Assembly: GCA_963726345.1 (NCBI GenBank) | Contig: CAVSCC010000007.1 | Span: 210,239 to 274,238 of the forward strand | Direction of reading: 5' to 3' | Source: an uncultured Coriobacteriia bacterium | GTDB taxonomy: Bacteria; Actinomycetota; Coriobacteriia; Anaerosomatales; JAAXUF01 | Length of the DNA stretch: 64,000 nucleotides | Shown here: positions 25,784 through 39,093 of the stretch, one piece after another | Position numbering within the stretch: position 1 is the stretch's first letter | How the letters are laid out: each line of letters opens with the position of its first letter | Notes under the pieces: generated by a model | Told to the model about the DNA's origin: nothing | The model's input: only the letters and a program-made list of their open reading frames with translations | The model's database searches: none | Position numbers and translations under genes: made by a program

Positions 25784-28227
25784 GCCGGATGCTCGCGCGC
25801 TGATCCGTCCGTCCCTGCCTCCGCTGGCGTGGTTGGTGGTCGCACTGTGGTCGGGCATCGCGCTCAGCGAGGCGGCACTTTGGAATGCGGGCGGCGCGGG
25901 GCATGGACCGCGCATCGTGATGCTCGTAGCAGGGGCCGGGGTGCTGGCGCTCGCGGCCGCCGTCCTGGCGCGCCGCAGGCGGGTGACGCTGTCACTGCTC
26001 GCAATCGGCCTCTCCGCAGGCGTGGCTCTCGGTGGGCTGTACTGGACGCATTGGGGCAGCCAGGTCGGCCAGCTTGAGCGCGCAGGCTCGAGGACGTGGG
26101 TCGTCGAGGTACTCACGGACGAAAGCCAGGGCAAGTTCGGATCGAGTTCGCGGGGCCGGATCATCGGGCCGGCGTGCGTCGGTGCCGCGGTCACGGTCGA
26201 CTGGCCGAAGGATGAGGCCGTCCCGCTTCTGGGGCAGGAGGTCGAGGTCCTGGGCTCGGTGAAGGTTCCCGGGAGCGACCAGTGGGGGAGACGCTCGTAT
26301 CGCTCGGGGGTCGCCGGCAACCTGCGCGCCCGCCGAGTCACGACGCGGGGATGGGCGCGAAGCGTGCGGGGCGCGGTCGGCCCACTCCGCGCTTGGGCGG
26401 TCACACGTGTCGCGGCCGTCCCCGGGCCCGGTGGCGACCTGCTCGGCGGAGTGCTGCTCGGCGATCGCAGGCGCATGGCCGGCACGCCTGCCGAGACGGA
26501 CTTCCGAACCACGGGGCTCACGCACCTGGTGGCGGTCTCAGGAAGCCACCTCGTGGTGGTTGCCGCGGTGGCGGGCTGGTTGATGAGCTCGGTGGGGCTG
26601 GGGCGATGGCCTCGCAGTGCTCGGCATCGCGGCGATCGTTGGCGCGTACGTGGTGTTCTCGGGCGTGCAGCCCTCGGCGGTGCGCGCGTGGGTGATGGCG
26701 GTGGCGGCGTCGGTTGCGTGGGTGGGCGGGCGACGAGCGGATGGCGGGTCGACGCTCGCGGTGGCGGCGGCGGTCGTGCTCGCGCTATCGCCGGCGAGCG
26801 CCTTCGACCTGGGATTCCGGCTCTCGGTCGCGGCAGTGGCCGGACTCGTCCTCTTGGCGCGCCTGGGCACCGCGTGGATCGAGCCATCACTCCCGGGGTT
26901 CTTTCGCGGGCTCGCAGAGCCTGTTTCGCTCACACTGGCCGCGACCGCCGCCACACTCCCGATCATCGTGCCGACGTTTCAGATGTTGTCGCTCGTCTCT
27001 CCCGTCGCGAACATCGTGTGCGGGCCGCTTGTCTCTCTGGGGTTGCTCGCCGGCCTCGGCGGGCTGGCGGCGAGCGCCTCTGCACCGGCACTCGGCGCTG
27101 TCGTGCTGAGGTTCGCGGGCGCCGTCGGTGCGATGGCCGTGTCGGTCGCCGGATGGCTCGCATCGTGGCCGCACGCCTCGATACCGCTGGGATTCTCGGC
27201 AGTCGGGGGATTCGCGCTTGCCTTTGGGGCGGTTGCGGCCGTGTGGGCGGTGTGGCCGAGCCCGACACGCGCACGGTCGCGATGGCTTCTCGGTGTGCTG
27301 GTGGCCGGCACGCTTCTGCTCGCGGTCGGACCGCGCGTCAGCACGGGACCGTCGATCGAGGTGCTCGACGTCGGGCAGGGTGACGCGGTTCTCGTCCGCG
27401 ATGGGGGCCGCGCGATGCTCGTCGACACCGGACCGTCTCCCGCGGTGCTCAGGGCCGCGCTCGCTCGCGCGGGCGTTCGGAACCTCGATGCGGTCGTGAT
27501 CACGCATCTCCACGCGGACCACGCTGGCGGGCTGTCGGCGCTGGAGGGACTGGTGACGGTCGGGTTCGTCGGGGTCCCCGCGGGCTCGCTTGCCGAGGAG
27601 TCCCAGATCCTGTCGACTGCTCGGAGCTTGTGCGGACCGAACGGGATTCGCGAGCTGGTAGCCGGGGATGCCCTCTCCGCGGGCGATATCGCGCTGACGC
27701 GTCGTCTCGCCGTCGGCACCGGTGGAGGACGCATCGGCCAACGAGTCGAGCGTCGTTCTGCTTGCCGAGACGAACGGCTTCTCGGCGGTCCTGACGGGTG
27801 ACGCCGAGAGCGTCGTGCTCGAGCCGCTGATCGCGCAGGGTGCGCTCGGCGACATCGACGTGCTCAAGATCGGGCATCACGGCAGCGCCGGTGCGGTGTC
27901 GCGACGGCGTCCTTGCGGCGCTGAGGCCCGAGTACACCCTCATCAGCGTGGGAAGTGGCAACAAGTTCGGTCACCCCAAGCCCTCGACGCTCGACGAGCT
28001 GGCCCGAGCGGGTTCACGGATCGTGCGGACCGACGAGTCCGGCGACATCACGGTCAGACTGAGCCCGACCGGCTACTCCGTTCGCGCCTCGACGCGGTCG
28101 GGGACGCGCCGCGGTCTGCTACCGGGCGTCGCATCCCCGTGGCGACGCGCGCGGAGTCGTGTGCGACACTGGTGGCGGACTCGACGCCAGCAGTCGACCG
28201 CCACTTTCGACCACATCCTGGAGCGCA
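25773..28227 (+). CDS. comEC: DNA internalisation channel ComEC/Rec2 with a metallo-beta-lactamase domain (frame-broken: at least 3 shifts; 3' end undetermined)
   Basis: DFRTTGLTHLVAVSGSHL, polytopic membrane core, then VLDVGQGDAVLV...ITHLHADHAGGL...KIGHHGS...ISVGSGNKFGHP...VRTDESGDI. +1 shifts near 26600, 27700 and 27895. No stop triplet occurs in any frame between 28063 and the holA ATG. Confidence 0.8.
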
Positions 28228-29198
28228 ATGGCCAAGCAGCTCTCCGAGTACAAGCCGCTCTACCTCATCGTCGGCGAACAGGACCTCCTGCTCAACCAGG
28301 CGGTCGACTCGCTCAAGGCGAGCGTCGCCGAGGTGGCCGATCTCGACTTCAACCTGGAGACCTTCGAAGGCGAGTCGGCGAGCGCCGACGACATCATCGC
28401 CGCCTGCAACACGCTGCCGTTCGTCTCCGATCGCCGCCTCGTGATCGTGCGCGGCGTCGACAAGATGTCCAAGGACGCCGCCGAGACACTCGTGCGCTAC
28501 GCCGAGGATCCCTCGCCGACGACCATTCTCGCGCTCGTCGCCAAGAAGCTCGCGAAGAACACCCGCCTCTACAAGGCCGTCGACAAGATCGGCGGGGTGA
28601 TCGAGCGCAAGGCGCCTGACGCGCGGGAGTACCCGCGCGTGGTGCAGGACATGTTCGCGCGATCCGGCAAGCGGATCTCGCTCGAGGGCGCCGAGTACTT
28701 GGTCAGCGCGGTCGGCCGAGACCTGCAGCGCCTGTCGGTCGAGGTCGAGCAAGACCGTCGTCGTACGTGGGCGACCGCGAGGAGATCGGGCTCGCCGATG
28801 CCGAGGAGGTCGCCTCGACCACCGCCAAGGCGTCGGTGTTCGAGCTGGGCACCGCGCTCGGGAATCGCGACTGCGCGGCTGCGCTGCGGCTGCTGAACCG
28901 GCTCGTCGGCGACGGCGAGTCGGTCTTCGGACTGCACGCGCTCGCGCTTCGCCAGATCCGCGACCTGCTCTCGGCGCGGGCGCTCATCGACCGCGGCCAG
29001 GATTCGCAAGACGAGCTGGCGCGGGCGCTCGGCAGGCCATCGTGGCAGATGCGCAACCTCGCCGGCCAGGCGAGGCGGTTCTCGGCAGGGGAGCTGGTTG
29101 CGCTGCTTCAGGCGGCCGCAGCGAGTGAGGCAGAAATGAAAACGAGCCGGGATCCCCGACTCGCGTTCGAACGCTGGATTGTGAAGGTGTGCGGCTAG
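28228..29198 (+). CDS. holA: DNA polymerase III delta subunit (frame-broken: 2 shifts)
   Basis: GGAG RBS and ATG 28228. [19 protein letters not shown]...[15 protein letters not shown]...RLYKAV, then the C-terminal half in ORF 28767-29198. Two +1 shifts near 28750 and 28760. Position after comEC. Confidence 0.8.
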
Positions 29199-29462
29199 GC
29201 GGTTACGCCGTTGGCAGCCTTCATGATGCCGGACTTGCGGTTAGCAGCCTGCTTGGCGTGGATGACGCCCTTGCTGGCGGCCTTGTCGAGCAGGCGACAG
29301 GCGTCGAGAGCTGCGGTGTTCGCAGCAGCGGCGTCGCCGGCCTCGATTGCGCGTGTAGACCTTCTTGGTCGCGGTCTTGAGCTCAGACTTGACGGCCTTG
29401 TTGCGCTGGTGCGCCTTCTCGTTGGTGAGAACGCGCTTCTTCTGACTCTTGATATTTGCCAC
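29195..29462 (-). CDS. rpsT: 30S ribosomal protein S20 (frame-broken: 1 shift)
   Basis: GTG at 29462 with a [43 protein letters not shown] continues in the other minus-strand ORF as [46 protein letters not shown]. Shift near 29355. Its stop overlaps the holA stop (CTAG). Confidence 0.9.
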
Positions 29463-29605
29463 GGTGCCTGTTCCTCCAAATGAATACGATGGTGCCCGAC
29501 GCAGTGGGGTGCGTACGAACCTCGATACTCTAGCACACGCCCTCGGGAGTCGCCAAGAACGGCGTTCTTCCTACCACCGAGCACACCCTGCTACACTCAA
29601 CCGCT

Positions 29606-31408
<1,803 letters not shown>

Positions 31409-31417
31409 CCGCCCGGC

Positions 31418-32430
31418 GTGAACACCGCCACCCCTCGAGACTCCGTCGGCCAGATCCTCGCGCGCAACAACGTGCTGCTCGCGCCGATGGCCGGAATCAC
31501 CGAGGCCCCCTTCCGCGGCATCTGCAAGCGCATGGGTGCCGGTCTCACCTACACCGAGATGATCAGCGTCAAAGGCCTGCACTACAACCGTGATTCGCCC
31601 GCTTCCCAAGCGCTGCTGTCGTTCTCGCCCGAGGAGACTCCGTGTGCGGTGCAGATCTCCGGCACCGAGCCCGAGATGATGGCCGAGCAGGTTGCCGAGC
31701 TGCTTGCAGAGTCGCGGCGACGAGATCGCGCTGATCGACATCAATATGGGCTGCCCGGTCACGAAGGTCGTCAAGAAGGGCGAGGGGAGCGCGCTCATGC
31801 GCGAGCCGGCGCTCGCAGCGACAATCGTCTCGGCGGTGGTTTCGGCGAGTGGCGACGTGCCGGTCACGGTCAAGATTCGCAAGGGCTGGGACGCCGAGTC
31901 GGTCAACGCGGTCGAGTTCGCTCGCGCGATGGAGGCCGCCGGCGCCGCGGCAATCGCCGTACATGGTCGGACTCGCGCGCAGTTCTACAAGGGTGAGGCG
32001 GATCTCGACGCGATCGCCCAGGTCAAGGAGGCCGTCTCCGTCCCGGTCATCGGCAGCGGCGACATCTTCTCGGCGGGTGATGTCGTGGCGATGCTCGAGC
32101 GCACAGGTGTCGACGGCGTGATGGTCGCTCGCGGTGCGCAGGGCAACCCGTGGATCTTCCGAGAGGCCCGCGCGCTGCTCGACGAGGGCGTCGCGCTCCC
32201 CGGGCCGACCGCCTTCGAGCGTATCGACATGGCACGGCAGCACGCGGACGCGCTGGTGGCGTTCGGCGGCGAGCGGGCTTTCGTGCGCATGCGCAAGCAC
32301 GTGTCGTGGTACATCGCCGAGATGCCGGGTGCAAGCCTCGTGCGCGCACGGGTCAACGACTGCAAGAGCCACGCATGAGCTCGATGAGTTGCTGGCCGAG
32401 TACCGCGTCTACCTGGAGGGACGGCTGTGA
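31418..32430 (+). CDS. dus: tRNA-dihydrouridine synthase (frame-broken: 2 shifts)
   Basis: LAPMAGITEAPFRGICKRMGAGLTYTEMIS, DINMGCPVTKVVKKGEGSALM, TVKIRKGWD, IAVHGRTRAQFYKG and VIGSGDI. +1 shifts near 31705 and 32370. Confidence 0.85.
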
Positions 32431-33647
32431 CCGACCCCGAAGACATCACGGGCGAACTGCTCGGGCCCGCACGTTCCGGCGCACCTCTACGTCCACGTGC
32501 CGTTCTGCGCGTCGAAGTGCGACTACTGCGACTTCGTTTCGGTCGCCGGCGCCGACCCCGACTTCGTGGAGGTCGTGTTCGCGGGCATCCGGACGCAGGT
32601 CACCACGTGGTCGCGCTCGGGGCTCGACGGCGTCATCGAGACCATCTACTTCGGCGGCGGCACCCCATCGCTTCACCCCGAGCAGGTCGTAAGGACGCTC
32701 GCGCACATCCGCAACACCCTCGTCGTCCATCCGAACGCCGAGATCACCGTCGAGGCGAACCCCGACTCGATGTCACCGGAAGTCGCTGCGGCGTTCGCGG
32801 CTCACGGCGTCACGCGCGTCAGCGTCGGCGTGCAGTCGTTCGACGACCACGTCCTGCGCGTGCTGGGCCGCCGCCACGACGCCGCCTCGGCTGCGCGAGC
32901 GTGCCAGGCAGTCGTTGCGACGCGGGATGGAGCTCTCGGTCGACCTGATGTGCGGGGTCCCGGGACAGACGATCACGTCATGGTCGGAGACCCTGTCGCG
33001 CGCCGTCCTGCAGCGGTGCGCATCACGCGTCGGTCTACCCGCTCACCATCGAGGCACGAGACGCCCATGGCGGTCGCGATCTCTGCGGGCCTCCTGTCCG
33101 AGCCCGATTCGGACGAAGCCGCCGACATGATGGTGCTCGCCGAGGAGTCGCTGGGCTACCACGGTCTTTCGCGCTACGAGATCGCGAACTACGCCGATTC
33201 GCGCGAGCACGAGTCTCGGCACAACACGGCGTATTGGACGGGTCGCCCGTACGCGGGGCTGGGACCCGGCGCACACGGGATGCTCGACGCGGCGACAGCC
33301 AGAGCGGTCGGTTTGCTGTCGCAAGCGAGCCAGGATATCGGACGCGTTCGCTACGGGAACGCGGCATCGATCTCCGACTGGCTGGTCGGCCAGGGCGACA
33401 CGCGTCGAGACGCTCACGTTCGAGGAGGCGCGCCGCGAGGACGTGATGTTGGGGATGCGCCTCGTCCGCGGCGTGCTGGCGTCTGACGTCGCCGCGGCGG
33501 GACTGGAAGGCGTGATGGAGGCTCTCCGAGACGAGGGGCTCGTCGAGCTCTGAGGTCACGCCCCGGCAAGGTGCGCGATGGAAGACCACCCGACGCGGCT
33601 GGCTTCTCGGCAACGAGGTCTTTCGGAGGCTCTGGCTGGGGGAGTAG
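32427..33647 (+). CDS. hemW: Radical SAM haem chaperone HemW (HemN-like, oxygen-independent coproporphyrinogen oxidase family) (frame-broken: about 6 shifts)
   Basis: HLYVHVPFCASKCDYCDF (CxxxCxxC), IYFGGGTPS, EANPDS, RVSVGVQSFDD, SVDLMCGVPGQT, YEIANYA and the tail RWKTTRRGWLLGNEVFRRLW. +1 shifts near 32475, 32915, 33005, 33055, 33400 and 33550. The N-terminus is uncertain. Confidence 0.85.
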
Positions 33648-33680
33648 GCCGGCGCGCGGCACGGACTTCGCTTCGCTCGG

Positions 33681-33707
33681 CTGGCACTCGCTATACTTGA
33701 CTGCTAA
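33681..33707 (+). promoter_or_regulatory. CIRCE-like HrcA operator (degenerate)
   Basis: CTGGCACTC-N9-GACTGCTAA against the consensus TTAGCACTC-N9-GAGTGCTAA (15 of 18 positions match). It lies 59 nt upstream of the hrcA ATG. Confidence 0.6.
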
Positions 33708-33765
33708 CGCGACCGAAACCGGCCCGCGCGGATGGAATCGGACCGGGCACGCAGGGAGCCTCGAC

Positions 33766-34773
33766 ATGCTCAACGAACGCCGCCGCAGAGTGCTTCAAGC
33801 GCTCGTGGAGGAGTACATAGTCAGCGCCACTCCGGTGGGCAGCAAGACGCTCGTGAACCGCTACGAGCTCGGCTGCAGTCCCGCGACGGTCCGAAACGAG
33901 CTCTCCATCCTTGAGGAGACCGGTTTCGTCGTGCAGCCGCACGTCTCGGCGGGGCGCATGCCGACCGACACCGGCTACCGCTCCTTCGTCGACGACCTTC
34001 TCGAGAAGGGCAGCCCCGCCCTCGAGGGCGGCGGCGAAGCGGCGAGCAGGCTGCACCGGGCCTCCGAGGTCGACGAGCTCATGCGCGAGACGTCGGTTGC
34101 GCTCACCCGCCTGACCGACTGCCTTGCGGTCGTGCTCTCGCCGAGCGTGTCGCTTGCGCGCGTCAAGCGCATCGACCTGCTCTCGATGGCCCCACACCGC
34201 GCGCTGATGGTGCTCATCACCGAGTCCGGGCAGGTGGTCAACCGCTCGATCGAACTCGCCGAGGAGACCGCGCCGGAACGGCTTCGCGAGGTCGAGCTCG
34301 CGCTGAACGCGGCGTTCGACGGCAAGCGCGCCGCCGACATCCGACCGCTCCGCGTCGCGCTTGAGGACGCGCACCAGGGTGACGCGCTCGTCCCGCGCGT
34401 CGTCGACGAGATTCTCGGCGCGCTGGCCGAGGCGGATCGCGACCGGCTCTTCCACGTCGGCATCCCCGCGCTGCTCGCGCAGCCGGAGTTCCACGATGCG
34501 GCGCAGGCTCGGCCGCTCATCGAGTTCCTGGAGGACGGCATCTCGGTGCTCGAGGCGCTCTCGGACGCGCTCGGCCACCGTGAGCTGACCGTGCGCATCG
34601 GCCATGAGAACCGACGCGCGGAGCTGGGCAACATGAGCATCGTCGCGATCAACTACGGAGTCGGGAGCGGCGACGGCGTCGTCGGCGTCATCGGCCCGAC
34701 ACGCATGGACTACTCTCGCGCGATGGCGGCGGTTCGCGTCATCGCCGACGGGCTCTCCGAAGCCCTCACCTGA
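33766..34773 (+). CDS. hrcA: Heat-inducible transcription repressor HrcA
   Basis: Intact. [81 protein letters not shown], and [10 protein letters not shown] at the C-terminus. Confidence 0.92.
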   Translation: MLNERRRRVLQALVEEYIVSATPVGSKTLVNRYELGCSPATVRNELSILEETGFVVQPHVSAGRMPTDTGYRSFVDDLLEKGSPALEGGGEAASRLHRASEVDELMRETSVALTRLTDCLAVVLSPSVSLARVKRIDLLSMAPHRALMVLITESGQVVNRSIELAEETAPERLREVELALNAAFDGKRAADIRPLRVALEDAHQGDALVPRVVDEILGALAEADRDRLFHVGIPALLAQPEFHDAAQARPLIEFLEDGISVLEALSDALGHRELTVRIGHENRRAELGNMSIVAINYGVGSGDGVVGVIGPTRMDYSRAMAAVRVIADGLSEALT

Positions 34774-34804
34774 CAGACTCCGCGTTTCTCGAAAGGACCC
34801 GCCC

Positions 34805-35966
34805 GTGCCCGCTGGAACTCAGGACTACTACGGTCTTCTCGGCGTCGAGAAGACTGCCACCGCCGAGGAGATCAAGAAGGCGTTTCGACGGCGTGCCCGC
34901 GAACTGCATCCGGACGTGAATCCGGCGGCGGACGCCGAGGACCGCTTCAAGGAGATCAACGAGGCCTACGACGTCCTGTCGGACTCGGCGAAGCGCGACC
35001 AGTACGACCGCTACGGCACCGTCGGCAACGGCTACGGACAGGGCGGTCCGGGCGCAGGCGGCTACCAGTACGTCGACCTCGGCGACCTCTTCGGCGGAGG
35101 TGGCGGCGGCGGGTTCGGCATGGAGGACATCTTCAGCGCGTTCTTCGGCGGCGCTGCGGGCGGCAGGGGCGGCGGCGTTCGCCTCGAGGGTCGCGACATG
35201 TCGATGAGCGTGGTCATCACGCTCGCCGAGGCGGCCGCCGGCGTCGAGAAGGAGATCGTGCTCGACCGCCTGGCGTCGTGCGACGTGTGCGGCGGCAGCG
35301 GCGCGACGCCCGGCAGCTCGGTCGTGACCTGCCCCGACTGCCACGGTACGCGGCCAGCGCGTCACCGCACGCAAGACCTTCCTCGGCACGATGCAGACGT
35401 CGGCTCCGTGCCAGCGCTGCGGCGCGACGGGCCAGGTCGTCGAGAACCCGTGCGAGGAGTGCGAGGGAACCGGGCGCGTTCCGGACCGCCAGCACGTCAA
35501 CGTCACCATCCCCGCGGGCATCCGCGACGGGCAGTCCATTCGGCTGCGCGGCCTGGGCGAGGCGGGCGTCCGCGGTCATGCCGCCGGCGACCTGCTCGTG
35601 ACCGTTCGGATCAAGCCCGACGACTACCTGCACCGCGAGGGCGACGACCTGCACTGCCGAGCGACCGTCTCGATGACCCAGGCGGCACTCGGTACCGAGC
35701 TCAACGTGACGGGCGTGCTCGAGGACAACAGCGTGAAGGTTCCCGCCGGCACCCAGCACGGCGACACGGTTCGGGTGAAGGGCAAGGGCATGACGCGCCC
35801 CGGCGGCGGTCGCGGCGACCTGATCGTGCACATCGCGCTCACGGTGCCCAAGAAGCTCAGCAAGAAGCAGCGCGAGCTCCTCGAGCAGCTCGCCGACGAG
35901 TTCGGCGACAAGCACTCGGAGCACAAGACGCCGATGCAGAAGCTCAAGGATTGGCTCGGCGGGTAG
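34805..35966 (+). CDS. dnaJ: Chaperone DnaJ (frame-broken: 1 shift)
   Basis: J domain [33 protein letters not shown], a G/F-rich linker, and the zinc-finger repeats [22 protein letters not shown] and CEECEGTG. +1 shift near 35350. Confidence 0.92.
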
Positions 35967-35970
35967 CGCG

Positions 35971-36739
35971 ATGGCGCACCGATTCTTCCTCACCGGTCCG
36001 CTGCCTGCGGAGCCGGGTCAGCCGCTGCCGCTCTCCTCGGCGGACGCGCACCATGCGGTGCGGGTGCTTCGCGTGGGCGTCGGCGAGGAGATCGAGGTGG
36101 TCGAGCCCGGCGGCCGCGTGATGGTGGCCGAGGTCGTCTCGGCCGATGAGGCCGGCGTGGTCGCGAGCGTGCTCGGCACGCGTCGACGCCTCGGAGCTTC
36201 GTCCTGCCGCGCGTGACGCTGTTCCAGGGCGTGGCCAAGGGCGACAAGATGGACGACATCGTGCGCCAGGCGGTCGAAGTCGGTGCCGAGGCGGTCGTCC
36301 CGTTCATGACCTCCCGCACGATCGTCCGGCTCGATGCCGCCAAGCGGGTGGCTCGCGGCGAGCGCTGGCAGCGCATCGCGAAGTCCGCCGCCGAGCAGGC
36401 CAAGCGCTCTGCGGTGCCGGCAGTCTCGCCGCCCGTGGGTTTCGCCGAGGCGCTCGAGCTGCTGGCCGGCTACGACTGCGTCGGTCGTGCTCTGGGAGGA
36501 TGCGCGCGGCGTCGGTCTCGCCGAGGCGCTCGCTTCGCATCGCGACCACCCCGACGCGCGCGTCGCGCTGGTGGTCGGCCCGGAAGGCGGGCTGAGCGCC
36601 GAGGAGGTCGACGCGCTCGTCGCGCGCGGGGCGGTCGCGGCTTCGCTCGGCCCCACGGTGATGCGCACCGAGACGGCCGCCGTGGTCTCGCTCGCGCTCG
36701 CGATCGGCGCCCTCGGGGGCATGGGCGGCGCTCGAGTGA
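35971..36739 (+). CDS. rsmE: 16S rRNA (uracil1498-N3)-methyltransferase RsmE (frame-broken: about 4 shifts)
   Basis: MAHRFFL...[61 protein letters not shown] and [12 protein letters not shown]. +1 shifts near 36178, 36205 and 36480. An extra G in the G5 run at 36715-36719 would restore the stop TGA 36737-36739. Confidence 0.8.
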
Positions 36740-38012
36740 GCGGAGCAGAGCCGCTCGGGGTGGCGTTTCGCACGCTCGGCTGCAAGGTCAATCGCGCGGA
36801 GAGCGAGTCGATCGCCGCCGAACTGCTCGGCCGAGGCGCCACCGTCGTCGACGAGTCCGAGGCGCGCGTCGTCATCGTCAGCACGTGCACCGTCACCGGG
36901 GAGGCCGACGCGAAGGACCGCAAGGCGATCCGGCACGCACTCGGCTGCACCAGGCGGTCCGACGGTCGTCGTGACCGGCTGCGGGGCCGCGCTCGGTGCC
37001 GAGGCGCTCTCGGCACTGGGCGAGCGCGTGGTGGTCGAGGCCGACAAGACCCTGGTCGCTGACCTGGTGGCGAGGATCCTCGCGCCTGCCCGCCGTGAGC
37101 GCGGTGAGCAACCGCCCGCGACAGCGCCGCGTTTCGGACGCGAGCGCTGCTCAAGGTTCAGGACGGCTGCGATGCGTTCTGCGCGTACTGCATCGTGCCC
37201 TACGCCCGCGGGGTGCCGCGCGCGGTGCCGCTCGACCGGGTCGCCGCCGATGCGCGCGACCTCGTGGCCGCGGGAACGCGCGAGATCGTCCTGACCGGCA
37301 TCAACATCGGCCGCTACTCCGACGGAGCCGCAGGCCTCGCCGACGTGGTCGCGGCGGTCGCGGCGAGCGGCGTCGAGCGGCTGCGTCTCTCGAGCATCGA
37401 GCCGCTCGACCTCACGCCGGAGTTCCTGCAGCGCCTGTCTGACACGCCGTCGTTCTGCCCGCACCTGCACGTGCCGCTGCAGTCCGGGAGCGACGCGGTC
37501 CTCTCGGCGATGGGCCGACGCTACACGGCGGCCGAGTTCGCCGAGCGGATCTCGGCCGCCCGCGACGCGCTGCCGGGCCTCGCGGTGACCACCGACGTGC
37601 TGTGCGGCTTTCCGGGCGAGACTGAGGCCGACGCCGCGGAGACGCTGCGGTTCTGCGAGGATCTCGGCTTCAGCGCGCTGCACGTGTTCCGCTTCAGCGC
37701 GCGCGCCGGTACTCCCGCGGCGAACATGCCAGGCCAGGTGGACCCCCGCGTGGCCGCCGCGCCGCGCCTCGGAGCTGCGCGCACTCGGCGGGCGTCTGCA
37801 CGCGGAGCATGTCGCCCGCCGGTTGGGAACCGAGGCGTGCGTGCTGGTCGAGACAGTGGCCGCCGACGGCGCCGGCCGCGGCACCACGGAGGACTACCTG
37901 CGCGTGTCGGTTCCGGACGCTGCGAGCGCGCGTGGGTCGGAGCGTCCGCGTGCTGCTGACACTCGCCGCGGACGGCGCGCTATCGGGCGAGCTACAGGCG
38001 GGTGCGTGCTAG
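36736..38012 (+). CDS. mtaB: tRNA methylthiotransferase MtaB (MiaB-like radical SAM) (frame-broken: about 4 shifts)
   Basis: VAFRTLGCKVNRAESESIAAELL...VIVSTCTVTGEAD, RTRALLKVQDGCDAFCAYCIVPYARG, LTGINIG, LSSIEP, HLHVPLQSGSD and GFPGETE. Shifts near 36945 (+1), about 37100 (-1), 37760 (+1) and 37925 (+1). Follows rsmE, as yqeV does in Bacillus. Confidence 0.8.
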
Positions 38013-38094
38013 AATTGTCGCGTGTATTGACGCTCATATCGAGCGGTGCCATGCGGCCTGCGAACCGATCTTGAACGGAGCGCTTCAAGCCATC

Positions 38095-39093
38095 GTGGAA
38101 TCCACACAGATACGTCTCGTCGTCCCGCCGGAGCTCGACATGACGCGCCTGCTCGGCCAGGGCGACTCCCTGCTGCGGCTCATCGAAGACCAGTTCGAGT
38201 CCGACATCTCGGTTCGCGGCAACCAGATCACCATCTCCGGTCACCCGGGCGATTCGTCGACGGTGTCGTCGCTGTTCGCCGAGATGATCTCGCTGGTCGA
38301 GCGCGGCGAGAACCTCTCGGCGGCGTCGGTCGAGCGTTCCATCGAGCTCATGCGCGAGGGCGAGTGCACGCCCACCACGCTGCACGGCGACGTCATCCTC
38401 ACGCACAAGGGCAAGGCGATCCGCCCGCAGACCGGCGGTCAGAAGCGCTACGTCGACGCGATCCGCAAGAACACCGTGACGTTCGGCATCGGCCCTGCGG
38501 GCACCGGCAAGACGTACCTCGCGATGGCGATGGCCGTCGAGGCGCTCAAGCACAAGGAGGTCGGCCGCATCATCCTGACCCGCCCCGCCGTCGAGGCCGG
38601 GGAGTCGCTCGGCTTCCTGCCCGGTACGCTCACCGAGAAGGTCGACCCGTACCTGCGCCCGCTCTACGACGCGCTCTTCGACATGATGGACGCCGAGAAG
38701 TCCGCGCTGCTCACCGACCGCGGCGTCATCGAGATCGCGCCGCTCGCCTACATGCGCGGCCGCACGCTCAACGACTCGTTCGTCATCCTCGACGAGGCGC
38801 AGAACACGAGCCCCGAGCAGATGAAGATGTTCCTCACGCGTCTCGGATTCGGCTCGAAGATCGTCATCACGGGCGACGTCACCCAGATCGACCTCCCCAA
38901 AGGGCACTCCGGACTCAAGCAGGTTCGCGCCATCCTGGACGGGGTCGCCGACATCGCGTTTTGCGACCTCACTGCGAAGGACGTCGTCCGGCACAAGCTG
39001 GTGCAGCGCATCGTGACCGCCTACACCAAGCACGAGGAAGCGCTCGCACTCGCCGAGGAGGCGAAGGCGCAGCCGCGCCATGAGCAGGTATAG
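38095..39093 (+). CDS. phoH: PhoH-family ATPase
   Basis: No frame break seen. QKRYVDAIRKNTVTFGIGPAGTGKTYLAMAMAV (Walker A), FLPGTLTEKVDPYLRPLYDAL and FVILDEAQNTSPEQMKMFLTRLGFGSKIVITGDVTQIDLP. The start is uncertain (GTG 38095 or TTG 38071). Confidence 0.9.
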   Translation: MESTQIRLVVPPELDMTRLLGQGDSLLRLIEDQFESDISVRGNQITISGHPGDSSTVSSLFAEMISLVERGENLSAASVERSIELMREGECTPTTLHGDVILTHKGKAIRPQTGGQKRYVDAIRKNTVTFGIGPAGTGKTYLAMAMAVEALKHKEVGRIILTRPAVEAGESLGFLPGTLTEKVDPYLRPLYDALFDMMDAEKSALLTDRGVIEIAPLAYMRGRTLNDSFVILDEAQNTSPEQMKMFLTRLGFGSKIVITGDVTQIDLPKGHSGLKQVRAILDGVADIAFCDLTAKDVVRHKLVQRIVTAYTKHEEALALAEEAKAQPRHEQV

